Shown here piece by piece: positions 9,642-18,556 of a stretch of DNA of 64,000 bases (position 1 is the first letter of the stretch; every line of letters begins with the position of its first letter). Location of the stretch: contig JBAYLA010000002.1 in assembly GCA_041664285.1 (NCBI GenBank), forward strand, positions 1,349 to 65,348. Direction: 5' to 3'. Source of the stretch: Minisyncoccota bacterium. GTDB taxonomy: Bacteria; Patescibacteriota; Minisyncoccia; Phycocordibacterales; UBA9973. The position numbers and the translations under genes are program-made. Below the pieces are notes generated by a model that worked only from the letters and a program-made list of their open reading frames with translations, made no database searches and was not told where the DNA came from.

Positions 9642-10775
9642 ATGAGTATCGTAATTTTTATAATAATTCTATTAGTTCTCGTTCTAGTCCATGAGTTTGG
9701 GCATTTTTTTACCGCGAAGAGTTTTGGTATAAAGGTTGAGGAATTTGGTTTTGGTTTTCCGCCCAAGTTATTTAGTTTTAAAAAAGGGGAGACGGAATAC
9801 AGTTTTAATTTATTACCCTTAGGTGGATTTGTAAAAATTTTTGGAGAAACTGTTGATGAAGCTGATTTTGTAGAAGTGGGATTTTTAGATAAAAAAGAAA
9901 CTCCAGAAAAAGTTGAATTGGCGGAAAGAAGCCTGGCGAACAAGCCAAAATGGCAACAAGCCTTAGTACTTTTTGCTGGGATTTTCGCTAATTTTTTATT
10001 AGCTTGGCTTTTATTTTCTATTGGTTTTATGTCTGGATTTCCTACTTCGGTTGGAAGTGAGTCCGCCGGTTATAAATTAGAAAATATAAATTTAGTCATT
10101 GTTTCTGTTTTAGCCAAGTCTCCCGCTGAAAATGCTGGACTTAAGGCTGGTGATAAAATAATTAATATAAAAAGTGGTGATAATTTCACCACAAATATTA
10201 GTCCTGAAACTGTTAAATCTTTTGTTGTTGAAAATAGAGGAAAAGAAATTGATATTGGATATTTACGGGGGAAAAATTCTGAAGTAAATATTGCCAAAAT
10301 AAATCCTAAAGAAATTAACGGAGAACCTACCATTGGGATTTCTATGGATCAAATAGGAACAGCTAAATTGCCATTTTTTTCAGCAATTTGGCAGGGGTTG
10401 CGTTTAGACCTACTTATGACAAAAAGTACTGCCGTAGGGCTTTATACGCTTGTTTCTGAGGCCATAAAGGGTAAAGGAAGCCTTGCTACAGTTACAGGAC
10501 CTATCGGCATGGTGGGCATTGTCGGAGATGCCTATCAATTTGGCTTTGTTTACCTTTTGTCTTTTGCAGCACTTATTTCGATAAATCTTGCAATCATAAA
10601 TCTTATTCCATTTCCGGCTCTTGATGGTGGGCGACTTTTCTTTTTATTGATTGAAAAAATAAAAGGTTCTCGTATAAATCCAAAAGTTGCAAATACTATG
10701 AATATGATTGGTTTTTATCTCCTAATATTTCTAATGCTCTTCATTACTTATCGTGATGTTATTAAATTGTTTTAG
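9642..10775 (+). CDS. rseP: RIP zinc metalloprotease RseP (site-2 protease) with PDZ domain
   Basis: N-terminal TM plus HEFGH zinc motif, LPLGGFV, central PDZ-like segment, C-terminal LDGG motif. Confidence 0.85.
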   Translation: MSIVIFIIILLVLVLVHEFGHFFTAKSFGIKVEEFGFGFPPKLFSFKKGETEYSFNLLPLGGFVKIFGETVDEADFVEVGFLDKKETPEKVELAERSLANKPKWQQALVLFAGIFANFLLAWLLFSIGFMSGFPTSVGSESAGYKLENINLVIVSVLAKSPAENAGLKAGDKIINIKSGDNFTTNISPETVKSFVVENRGKEIDIGYLRGKNSEVNIAKINPKEINGEPTIGISMDQIGTAKLPFFSAIWQGLRLDLLMTKSTAVGLYTLVSEAIKGKGSLATVTGPIGMVGIVGDAYQFGFVYLLSFAALISINLAIINLIPFPALDGGRLFFLLIEKIKGSRINPKVANTMNMIGFYLLIFLMLFITYRDVIKLF

Positions 10776-10812
10776 TATTTACATATCTCTAATTCGCGTT
10801 AATATTTAAATT

Positions 10813-12522
10813 ATGAACAGCGAAATTAAGAATTGTCAAAATTGTAAAAAGGATTTCACTATTGAACCAGAAGATTTTGATTTTTATGAAAAAATAAAAG
10901 TTCCTCCACCTACTTTTTGTCCAGACTGTAGGTTGATGAGACGTCTTTTATGGCGCAATGAACATTCATTATTTCGTAGTCCTAACGGAGAAAAAGGAAA
11001 ATCTAATTTAATTATATCTATCTATCATCCAGACTCTAAGCTAATATCTTACGATAAAGAAATGTGGTGGAGTGATAAATGGGATCCTTGTGATTATGGC
11101 ATAGGGTATGATTTTTCAAGGTCATTTTTTGAACAATTTAAAGAACTTCTAGAAAAAGTTCCACACTTAGCATTATCTAATTCAAATTCTATAAATTCTA
11201 GATTTTGCCAGACAGCAGTTGAGCTAAAAAATTGCTATTTGGTAGGTTCTAGTATGGCGTGTGAAGATTCTATGTATTGTAATCGTATCTTTCATTGTAA
11301 ATTTACACACGACTCTTATATTTGTTATTCTACAGAATTTGGTTATGACAATGTATATTGTCGTGAATCTAGTAAATTATTTTTTTCCAGAGAAAGCGAA
11401 AGTTGTTTGGACTCATATTTTCTTTATGATTGCAGAAATTGCTCTAGTTGTATTTTATGTACTAATTTAAGAAATAAAAGCTATTGCATAGAAAACATAC
11501 AATACAACAAAGAAGAATATATAAAAAAGAAAAAAGAACTTGCTTTAAATACTCGTTTTGGTATAGAAAAAGCAAGAATTAGATTTGAACAGTTATGGCG
11601 TGATGCATTTCATAAACATTTAAAACTTACTAATACTGTAAATGTTATTGGAGATCAAGTTAAAGATTCTCGTAACTGCTACTACGTTTTTGACCTAGAA
11701 GGAGAAGCGGAAAATGTAAAATATGCTCACTGGGGCTCTAAGGGAACACGTGATTCTTATGACGTTGGACCTGGATGTGGCAATAATGCTGAGCTTCTTT
11801 ATGAAGGTATAAGTACTGGAGTGCAGAACAGTCGAGCTTTTTTTAACGCTGTAGTTTGGTATTCCAATAATATTTATTATAGTTATATGCTAAACAATTG
11901 CCAAAATTGTTTCGGTTGTGCTGAAATGAATAGCAAGCAGTATTGTATTCTAAACAGACAATATACAAAAAAAGAATATGAAAATTTAATGCCAAAGATA
12001 GTTGAACAGATGAAAAATGTTCCTTATATAGACAAAAAAGGCAATATATATAGTTTTGGAGAATTTTTCCCTCCAGAAATATCCCCATTTACTTATAATG
12101 AAACAGTAGCACAGGATTATTTTCCATTAGACAAAAGAAGAGCTGAGGCGGAGGGGTATTCTTGGCGAGAATATCAACCTAGTTCTTATCAAATTACCAT
12201 CAATGGGCAAGATTTACCTCAAGCTATTTCCGAGGTAAATGATTCAATCTTAAATGAGGTTATTGAATGCGAAATTACTAAAAAACCTTTTAAAATTCTT
12301 GAGCAAGAGTTGAGTTTTTATCGAAGACTTGATTTACCACTTCCATCAATTCATCCTGACGAAAGGCACAACAGAAGATTAAAACTTCGCAATCCGATGG
12401 TTTTAAATAAAAGGATGTGCTTCTTTGGAGATGAAGAAGTTCTGACAACTTATTTACCAGAATCTAAAGGTGGTCCGAAAAAAGTAGTATGTACAAAACA
12501 TTACAATCAAGAGATTTATTAA
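10813..12522 (+). CDS. large cysteine-rich protein of unknown function (paralog A, 569 aa; N- and C-terminal zinc-ribbon-like CxxC pairs and many internal CxxC/NC..C motifs)
   Basis: uninterrupted ORF; clear paralog of 56026..57756 (shared blocks CQNCKK.F.I..EDF.FYEKIKV.PPTFCP.CR..RR, YDFS.SFFEQF, CR.C..C.LC.NLRNK..C, NC..C..CFGC, VIEC....KK.F....E.L.YLR). Confidence 0.8.
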   Translation: MNSEIKNCQNCKKDFTIEPEDFDFYEKIKVPPPTFCPDCRLMRRLLWRNEHSLFRSPNGEKGKSNLIISIYHPDSKLISYDKEMWWSDKWDPCDYGIGYDFSRSFFEQFKELLEKVPHLALSNSNSINSRFCQTAVELKNCYLVGSSMACEDSMYCNRIFHCKFTHDSYICYSTEFGYDNVYCRESSKLFFSRESESCLDSYFLYDCRNCSSCILCTNLRNKSYCIENIQYNKEEYIKKKKELALNTRFGIEKARIRFEQLWRDAFHKHLKLTNTVNVIGDQVKDSRNCYYVFDLEGEAENVKYAHWGSKGTRDSYDVGPGCGNNAELLYEGISTGVQNSRAFFNAVVWYSNNIYYSYMLNNCQNCFGCAEMNSKQYCILNRQYTKKEYENLMPKIVEQMKNVPYIDKKGNIYSFGEFFPPEISPFTYNETVAQDYFPLDKRRAEAEGYSWREYQPSSYQITINGQDLPQAISEVNDSILNEVIECEITKKPFKILEQELSFYRRLDLPLPSIHPDERHNRRLKLRNPMVLNKRMCFFGDEEVLTTYLPESKGGPKKVVCTKHYNQEIY

Positions 12523-12528
12523 AAAATT

Positions 12529-13260
12529 ATGAAAACAAAATTAATTCATGAAATCAGGGCGGTAAAGAATAAGAAAGAACTTGTTAATATTATTAGAGCA
12601 CAGAGGATAAGTGAAAAAGTATTAAAAGAAGTACTTAGTAAATTAAAAACAGGCATAACAGAAATTGAAATTGCAAATTTTATTAAAAAATCTTTTGTAA
12701 AGTACGGTATGCATATATTATCTTTTACCCCCATTGTTTCTTTTGGTAAAAATACCGCGAATGTTCATCATGAGCCCAGTAAAACTAAATTAAAGAAAGG
12801 GGACATAATAATGCTTGATTTTGGCTGTACGGTGAACCATTTTTGTTCAGACATGACAAGGACATATTTCTGGGGCGAGCCATCAGAAAAAGGAAAGCGA
12901 ATTTATTTAGCTGTTTTAAAAGCTCAAGAACTTGCTTTAAATAAAATAAAAAATGGTGAACGCAGAGCGAAGACAATAGATAAAGTAGCAAGAGATTTTT
13001 TAAATAAGAAATATAGAAATAAATTCTTACATGGGCTTGGTCATGGGGTTGGTACTGTGATTCACGAATGGCCGAATTTTAAACCAAAGAGCAAAGACAT
13101 TGTTCCAGTGGGGTGTGTGATGACCGTAGAGCCCGGTTTGTATTTAAAAGGTTTTGGTGGTGTGCGAATCGAAGATATGGTTTTAATTACCAAGAATGGC
13201 TGTAAGAATTTAACAAATTTCCCCAAAGATCTTAAAAGTGCCATACTTCCAATTAAATAA
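12529..13260 (+). CDS. M24-family metallopeptidase, catalytic domain only (Xaa-Pro / methionine aminopeptidase-like)
   Basis: pita-bread motifs HGLGHGVGTVIHEWP and GGVRIEDMVLIT; 243 aa. Confidence 0.7.
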   Translation: MKTKLIHEIRAVKNKKELVNIIRAQRISEKVLKEVLSKLKTGITEIEIANFIKKSFVKYGMHILSFTPIVSFGKNTANVHHEPSKTKLKKGDIIMLDFGCTVNHFCSDMTRTYFWGEPSEKGKRIYLAVLKAQELALNKIKNGERRAKTIDKVARDFLNKKYRNKFLHGLGHGVGTVIHEWPNFKPKSKDIVPVGCVMTVEPGLYLKGFGGVRIEDMVLITKNGCKNLTNFPKDLKSAILPIK

Positions 13261-13296
13261 TTTTTTGCAAGAAAAGTGAAGTTATTCACATATTTT

Positions 13297-13325
13297 TTGA
13301 CTTTTCTATTTTTATCTTATAAAAT
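13297..13325 (+). promoter_or_regulatory. sigma70-like promoter TTGACT-N17-TAAAAT upstream of ddl
   Basis: hexamers and spacing seen directly. Confidence 0.45.
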
Positions 13326-13356
13326 AAGGATATGTTAAAAATAATTTTTTGCAAAA

Positions 13357-15774
13357 ATGTCTGTTAAAACCACTAAAAACAAGATAAGTGTTGCGGTGCT
13401 CTGTGGAGGTCCTTCACTTGAGCGTGGAATATCACTTAACTCTGCAAGAAGTGTGCTCGATCATCTAGGTAGCCAAGGTGTAGGAATTATTCCAATTTAT
13501 TTTAATGAACAAAAAAAGCCTTATAAGATTTCTACCGCTCAACTTTATTCCAACAATCCTTCTGATTTTGATTTTAAATTAAATAAATCTAGTAAAGAGC
13601 TTTCAGAATCAGAGCTTATAAAAATTTTAAAAAGTGTTAGCATTACTTTTCCGTGTATTCATGGAGCATTTGGTGAGGATGGAGAAATACAAAGTTTTCT
13701 AGAAAAACACAGCATTCCTTTTGTCGGATCCAACTCAGTGTCCTGCAAAAAAGCCTTTGATAAATTTAAAGCAAATGAATATATTAGATCTCTCGGATTT
13801 TACGCTCCACAATCTATTTTATTGAAAATTACCGATAGTGAAAAAGAAATTAGAAAAAAAGTACAAGATTTTTGGAAAAATCAAAAAATAACTCGTGCGA
13901 TAGTAAAGCCTGCTTCCGGAGGGTCAAGTATTGGTGTATTTTCTGTTAATAAAGCAAGTGAAGCCATAGAAAGTATTAAAACTTTATTTAGTAAACGGAT
14001 GGATACACGCGTGGTCATCGAACCCTTTATTCAAGGTAAGGAATTCACGGTTATTATTTTACAGAATAGATTTAATATGCCGGTAGCAATTTTGCCGACT
14101 GAAATGGAAATGGATTATGACAAGCATCAATTTTTTGATTTTCGTAAAAAATATTTACCGACACGTCAAGTTACTTATCATTGCCCTCCACGATTTCCAA
14201 ATGAAATAATAGAAAAAATACAAATAGAAGCTGAGCAATTGTTTTCTGTTTTTGGAATGCAAGATTTTGCTCGTTTTGATGGATTTCTTTTACCCGACGG
14301 TAATGTTTGGTTTTGTGACTTTAATCCAATTTCTGGAATGGAACAGAATAGTTTCTTGTTTCAGCAGTCATCTCGAATTGGTCTTTCCCATCAGGACCTT
14401 TTACGTTTTATCATCAACAACGCTTGTTTGCGTAGGAATATACCAGTAGTAATTGAAAATGTCTTTTCCGACAAAAAACTTGTCCGCCGTGGTGGGCGAA
14501 AACCGCTTGCTGTACTTTTTGGTGGTGAAACTGCAGAAAAACAAGTTTCACTGATGAGTGGTACCAATGTTTGGCTGAAATTACGAGGATCTACAGTTTA
14601 CAAACCACGTCCATTTCTTCTGGTTGGGAAAAAAGAAGTTTGGGAACTTCCTTATTCTTACATCTTAAATCATACAGTTGAAGAAATAATAGAAAATGCA
14701 GAAAAAGCTCCACGAGACAGTGAGAGATTATTTTTTCTAATTGAAAAAGTAAAAATGAGATTATTCCTACAAAAATCAGATGCTACTGAGGATTTCTTTA
14801 TGCCGAAAAAGCATACCCTGGATAAAATTTTGAAACAATATTCAAATATATTTTTAGCTCTTCATGGTGGAGTGGGTGAAGACGGAACGATTCAAAGAAT
14901 TTTAGAAAAAAATAAAATTAAATACAATGGTTCGGATAGTCTTACTTCAAAATTATGTATAGATAAATGGCTAACTAGTGAAATGATCTTGCAAGCAAAT
15001 ATAAAAGGTGTCAGTGTTGCTCCGCATGTTTTATTAAAAATTAAGGATTTTTCTAAATTATCTGACGATAAAATTAAAGAAGCTTACTGGGCCATGCTTC
15101 TTAAAACACTTGGAACAAAAACAATTATTGCGAAGCCCAGAAGTGATGGTTGTTCGGCTGGAGTGGTGAGGCTTTTTAATAAAAAAGATTTATCCACTTA
15201 CATTTCTTTTGTAAAAAATAAATACACAGTTGCACCCTTGGGTACCTTTACTAGTCAGCGTGGCATTACCCAAATGCCTGAAGGAGAGGTAGCGGATATT
15301 ATTTTTGAATCTTTTATAGAGACTGATAAGTTAAAAATTAGTGGAGATAAAATTTCTCATATTCGAAAAAGTGGTTATGTGGAGATGACGGTGGGAGTGA
15401 TAGAAGACAAAGGTCACCTTAGGGCACTATCTCCAAGTATTACTGTGGCAGAAGAAACGGTTTTGAGTGTTGAAGAAAAATTCCAAGGTGGTACTGGTGT
15501 CAATATTACCCCTCCTCCTAAGGAAATTATTTCCATGAAAAATGTGAATAAGGTGAAAAAATCTATTGAGTTAGTAGCTAAAAAAATTGGGATTCGTGGA
15601 TACGCAAGAATTGATATTTTTGTTCAAATTAAAACTGGTGATATTATTATTATTGAAATAAATACTCTCCCTGGGCTTACTCCTTCGACGGTTATTTATC
15701 ACCAAGCTTTAGCTGAAAAAGAGCCGATGTCCCCAATAAAATTTTTGGAACTTATAACTGAAAACAAAAAATAA
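13357..15774 (+). CDS. ddl: tandem fusion of two D-alanine--D-alanine ligase (ATP-grasp) modules, 805 aa
   Basis: two successive Ddl-like units, each with an N-terminal motif (ISVAVLCGGPSLERGISLNSA / LAVLFGGETAEKQVSLMSG), a central ATP-grasp segment (AIVKPASGGSSIGV / IIAKPRSDGCSAGV) and a C-terminal motif (FARFDGF...CDFNPISG / ARIDIFV...EINTLPGLTP). Confidence 0.75.
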   Translation: MSVKTTKNKISVAVLCGGPSLERGISLNSARSVLDHLGSQGVGIIPIYFNEQKKPYKISTAQLYSNNPSDFDFKLNKSSKELSESELIKILKSVSITFPCIHGAFGEDGEIQSFLEKHSIPFVGSNSVSCKKAFDKFKANEYIRSLGFYAPQSILLKITDSEKEIRKKVQDFWKNQKITRAIVKPASGGSSIGVFSVNKASEAIESIKTLFSKRMDTRVVIEPFIQGKEFTVIILQNRFNMPVAILPTEMEMDYDKHQFFDFRKKYLPTRQVTYHCPPRFPNEIIEKIQIEAEQLFSVFGMQDFARFDGFLLPDGNVWFCDFNPISGMEQNSFLFQQSSRIGLSHQDLLRFIINNACLRRNIPVVIENVFSDKKLVRRGGRKPLAVLFGGETAEKQVSLMSGTNVWLKLRGSTVYKPRPFLLVGKKEVWELPYSYILNHTVEEIIENAEKAPRDSERLFFLIEKVKMRLFLQKSDATEDFFMPKKHTLDKILKQYSNIFLALHGGVGEDGTIQRILEKNKIKYNGSDSLTSKLCIDKWLTSEMILQANIKGVSVAPHVLLKIKDFSKLSDDKIKEAYWAMLLKTLGTKTIIAKPRSDGCSAGVVRLFNKKDLSTYISFVKNKYTVAPLGTFTSQRGITQMPEGEVADIIFESFIETDKLKISGDKISHIRKSGYVEMTVGVIEDKGHLRALSPSITVAEETVLSVEEKFQGGTGVNITPPPKEIISMKNVNKVKKSIELVAKKIGIRGYARIDIFVQIKTGDIIIIEINTLPGLTPSTVIYHQALAEKEPMSPIKFLELITENKK

Positions 15775-15778
15775 CAAA

Positions 15779-16915
15779 ATGCAAAGAAAAATATTTCTTT
15801 CTTGTATAGAATTATCGAAAAAGAACCTTATTTATAATTTTAAACAATTTAAAAACTTAGCTAAAAAGGGGACTAAGTTTTCTGTTGTGGTAAAAGGGAA
15901 CGCTTATGGCCATGGGCAAAATGAAATAGTAAAAATTTTAGATCCTTTTGTAGATTATTTTCAAGTTGATAGTATCTCTGAGCTTAAATTATTACGTAAA
16001 ATAAGTACTAAAAAAACATTTGTTTTAGGGTATATTCAAAACATAGATTTAAGGCAAGCCATTAAACTTGGATGCATACTGTCAATTTTTTCAATACAAG
16101 AATTAAAACAAGTAGAGAAGACTGCAAAAAAACTTAAAATAATACAAGAGATCCACATACCCTTCGATGCATATTTAGGACGAGAAGGTTTCTTATTAGA
16201 TGAATTACCAAAACTTTTTATAGAAATTAAAAAATGTAGGAATATAAAATTTTCTGGTATGTATGCACACTTTGCAAACATTGAAGATACTACAAATTTT
16301 TCTCATGCCCAAAAACAAATTAAGGAATTCAAAAAAGCTTTAAAGTTAGCAGATAAATTTAATTTTAACAACTTACAAACGCATATCTCTGCCACTTCTG
16401 GACTTTTAGCTTATGAAAAAGATCATGGAATTCATTCGATTATTCGTTTAGGAATCGGAGTATATGGCATGTGGCCATCAGAACACTTAAGGTCTATTTA
16501 TAAAAATAAATTTAGTTTGAAATCTGTACTAACATGGAAAACAAAAATCACGCAAATTAAAATTTTACCAGAAGGCCATACTATTGGTTATGGATTAACC
16601 TATAAAACAAAGAAGAAAACAAAGATTGCTATTATCCCACAAGGTTATGCAGATGGTTTTGATAGAGGTTTTTCAAATAATGGATTTGTCTTGATCGGTG
16701 GTAGTAGGTGTAAAATATTAGGACGAGTGATGATGAATATGTTTGTAGTGGATATAAATCATTTAAAGAAAGCTCAAGAGGAAGATGATGTAGTAATAAT
16801 AGGAGTTCAAGGTAAAGAGGAAATTACGGCAGAAGAGAATGCTGAGCGTATAAATACTATTAATTACGAGATAACTACACGTATTAGTGCACTATTGCCT
16901 AGAGTTATTATTTAA
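15779..16915 (+). CDS. alr: alanine racemase
   Basis: PLP-lysine motif VVKGNAYGHG, 378 aa, immediately downstream of ddl. Confidence 0.9.
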   Translation: MQRKIFLSCIELSKKNLIYNFKQFKNLAKKGTKFSVVVKGNAYGHGQNEIVKILDPFVDYFQVDSISELKLLRKISTKKTFVLGYIQNIDLRQAIKLGCILSIFSIQELKQVEKTAKKLKIIQEIHIPFDAYLGREGFLLDELPKLFIEIKKCRNIKFSGMYAHFANIEDTTNFSHAQKQIKEFKKALKLADKFNFNNLQTHISATSGLLAYEKDHGIHSIIRLGIGVYGMWPSEHLRSIYKNKFSLKSVLTWKTKITQIKILPEGHTIGYGLTYKTKKKTKIAIIPQGYADGFDRGFSNNGFVLIGGSRCKILGRVMMNMFVVDINHLKKAQEEDDVVIIGVQGKEEITAEENAERINTINYEITTRISALLPRVII

Positions 16916-16951
16916 CTTGCTTTTAATGCTTTTTTATATTAATCTATACAC

Positions 16952-17110
16952 ATGTCACAAGATAGACTTATAAAGCTTGCTTGCGGAACTTGTAAACGTA
17001 TAAATTACTGGTCCAGTAAAAACAAGAAACTCGTTACTAAAAAAATCGAGCTTAAAAAATACTGCAAATGGTGTCGCAAACAGACCAAGCATAAAGAGAT
17101 TAAAAAATAG
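16952..17110 (+). CDS. rpmG: 50S ribosomal protein L33, apparently frameshifted at an A6 run (17039..17044); not in the ORF track
   Basis: frame 1 gives MSQDRLIKLACGTCKRINYWSSKNKKLVTKK; the -1 frame continues IELKKYCKWCRKQTKHKEI*, matching the L33 zinc-ribbon C-terminus (compare Bacillus ...IELKKYCPR...). One extra A would restore a canonical 50-aa L33 with two CxxC pairs. Confidence 0.55.
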   Translation: MSQDRLIKLACGTCKRINYWSSKNKKLVTKKIELKKYCKWCRKQTKHKEIKK

Positions 17111-17120
17111 ATTTTTTCTA

Positions 17121-17151
17121 GAAATACCCCTTAAGGGGATTTCTTTTTTTG
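17121..17151 (+). terminator. rho-independent terminator after rpmG (GAAATACCCC-TTAA-GGGGATTTC followed by T7)
   Basis: GC-containing hairpin with one bulge, then TTTTTTT on the + strand. Confidence 0.6.
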
Positions 17152-18240
17152 TTATTTCTATGGTATTTTATAAATATGGTGAAAGAAAGTATTTCTTTCA
17201 ATTCTAATAGAATTGAAATATCTAAATTAAGGGCAGCTTTGTTGAAAGCTGAAGCTAAAGGGGACGAAGAGGCAGTTCTCGCCCTAGAAGCAGAGTTGAG
17301 AGCTCTTGAAAAAGGGGAAGTTTTTAATCGTGAACAATTTTTACTTGAAAGAGCCGAAGTTGAAAAATCAAAACAGCCAATTACAAAAAACAATAAACAT
17401 AATATTTTAAAAGAAATGCAAGATCTTTCAAAATCGGATAAGATAGAAGCAGATAGTTGGACATATGATGGAATACATGAATATGATCCAGGAAAATATT
17501 CTAAAGATAAATCTTATGAAAATACTTTTAGAGGTATTTTAGACAAAATGCATTGCGTAAGTTTTACAGAGTTAGTTAAAAATAAATCTTTAGAGTTAGG
17601 TAGAAAAATTGAAGTAATGGATTTATTTGGCGGAGCTTATTTTTTAAGTGACTTAGAAAATGTTTCTAGAATAATAGGAGTTCGCACTAGAAATATTGAT
17701 GAAATACTTCTACAAGATTTAAAAGAAAGTAAACTACTGAATCTTGAGAAAATTCTCCCAGAAGAATTTAAAGGATTAGATATTAGAATTAATGATTATA
17801 TTAAAAAAGTTAGTGAACTAATGAATGACAAAAAACGATTAATAATAGAGGGTAATTTGTATAAAGGAAAAACATGGAAAAAATTAACTAAGTATAGTAA
17901 ATTAGGAGAGAATCATGGTTTTGATCTTATTGTTTGTAGACCACAAGGAGTTTTCAATGGAATATCAAGTGCTAAAAATATTACAAACATAGATAATAAA
18001 GAGTTCCACAAAGAAGAAATTTTTCTTTCTCTACTTGAAAGAACTTTAAAATTATTGTCTCCTGATGGTGGTGTATTTTTTACACAACTTCCTAATTTTG
18101 ATACAAAAGATGATATTTTAAACAATTTTATGTATGAATACATAAAAAAGAAAGAAAAAGAGGGGTATGAATTTTTAAGTGGTAAAGATGGTACATCAGA
18201 AGGAAATAAGGTCATAGCATTTAAAAGAATAAAAAACTAA
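17149..18240 (+). CDS. hypothetical protein; coiled-coil N-terminus and a C-terminal region reminiscent of a Rossmann methyltransferase, with DPPY replaced by CRPQ (probable start ATG 17176)
   Basis: VMDLFGGAY (motif I-like), FDLIVCRPQG (motif IV position), LLSPDGGVFFTQLP; weak, fold-level only. Confidence 0.4.
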   Translation: MLFLWYFINMVKESISFNSNRIEISKLRAALLKAEAKGDEEAVLALEAELRALEKGEVFNREQFLLERAEVEKSKQPITKNNKHNILKEMQDLSKSDKIEADSWTYDGIHEYDPGKYSKDKSYENTFRGILDKMHCVSFTELVKNKSLELGRKIEVMDLFGGAYFLSDLENVSRIIGVRTRNIDEILLQDLKESKLLNLEKILPEEFKGLDIRINDYIKKVSELMNDKKRLIIEGNLYKGKTWKKLTKYSKLGENHGFDLIVCRPQGVFNGISSAKNITNIDNKEFHKEEIFLSLLERTLKLLSPDGGVFFTQLPNFDTKDDILNNFMYEYIKKKEKEGYEFLSGKDGTSEGNKVIAFKRIKN

Positions 18241-18294
18241 AAAATACAGTACAATTTTTATTTTTCGGCTATACCCACACACCTGTTTTGTATT

Positions 18295-18322
18295 TTGAAA
18301 ATAATAGGTGTCGGGGTATACT
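18295..18322 (+). promoter_or_regulatory. promoter TTGAAA-N16-TATACT with AGGTGTCGGGGTATA box, flanked upstream by its imperfect inverted copy TATACCCACACACCT (18270..18284)
   Basis: seen directly; located 50 nt upstream of tRNA-Trp. Confidence 0.5.
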
Positions 18323-18371
18323 AAAGTCGATCCTCATTAAGGTCGTTTTTTGTTCTAGTTAAGTTTAATAA

Positions 18372-18442
18372 GGGTGATTAGTTAAGTGGTATAACTTCGG
18401 TCTCCAAAACCGATGTCGGGGGTTCGATTCCCTCATCACCCG
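18372..18442 (+). tRNA. trnW: tRNA-Trp (anticodon CCA)
   Basis: manual cloverleaf: acceptor GGGTGAT/ATCACCC, anticodon stem TCGGT/ACCGA with loop CTCCAAA, T-arm GGGGG-TTCGATT-CCCTC; CCA end not fully encoded. Confidence 0.9.
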
Positions 18443-18556
18443 CAGGGAGATAGCAAGCAAACTGCTTTGCTTACGGAGGGAAGCGAAAAGCTTTTCATTA
18501 GTAGCGAAGAATTTATTCTAAGCTATTTGAAAAGGTATACTGTTCCTGTAAGGAAA

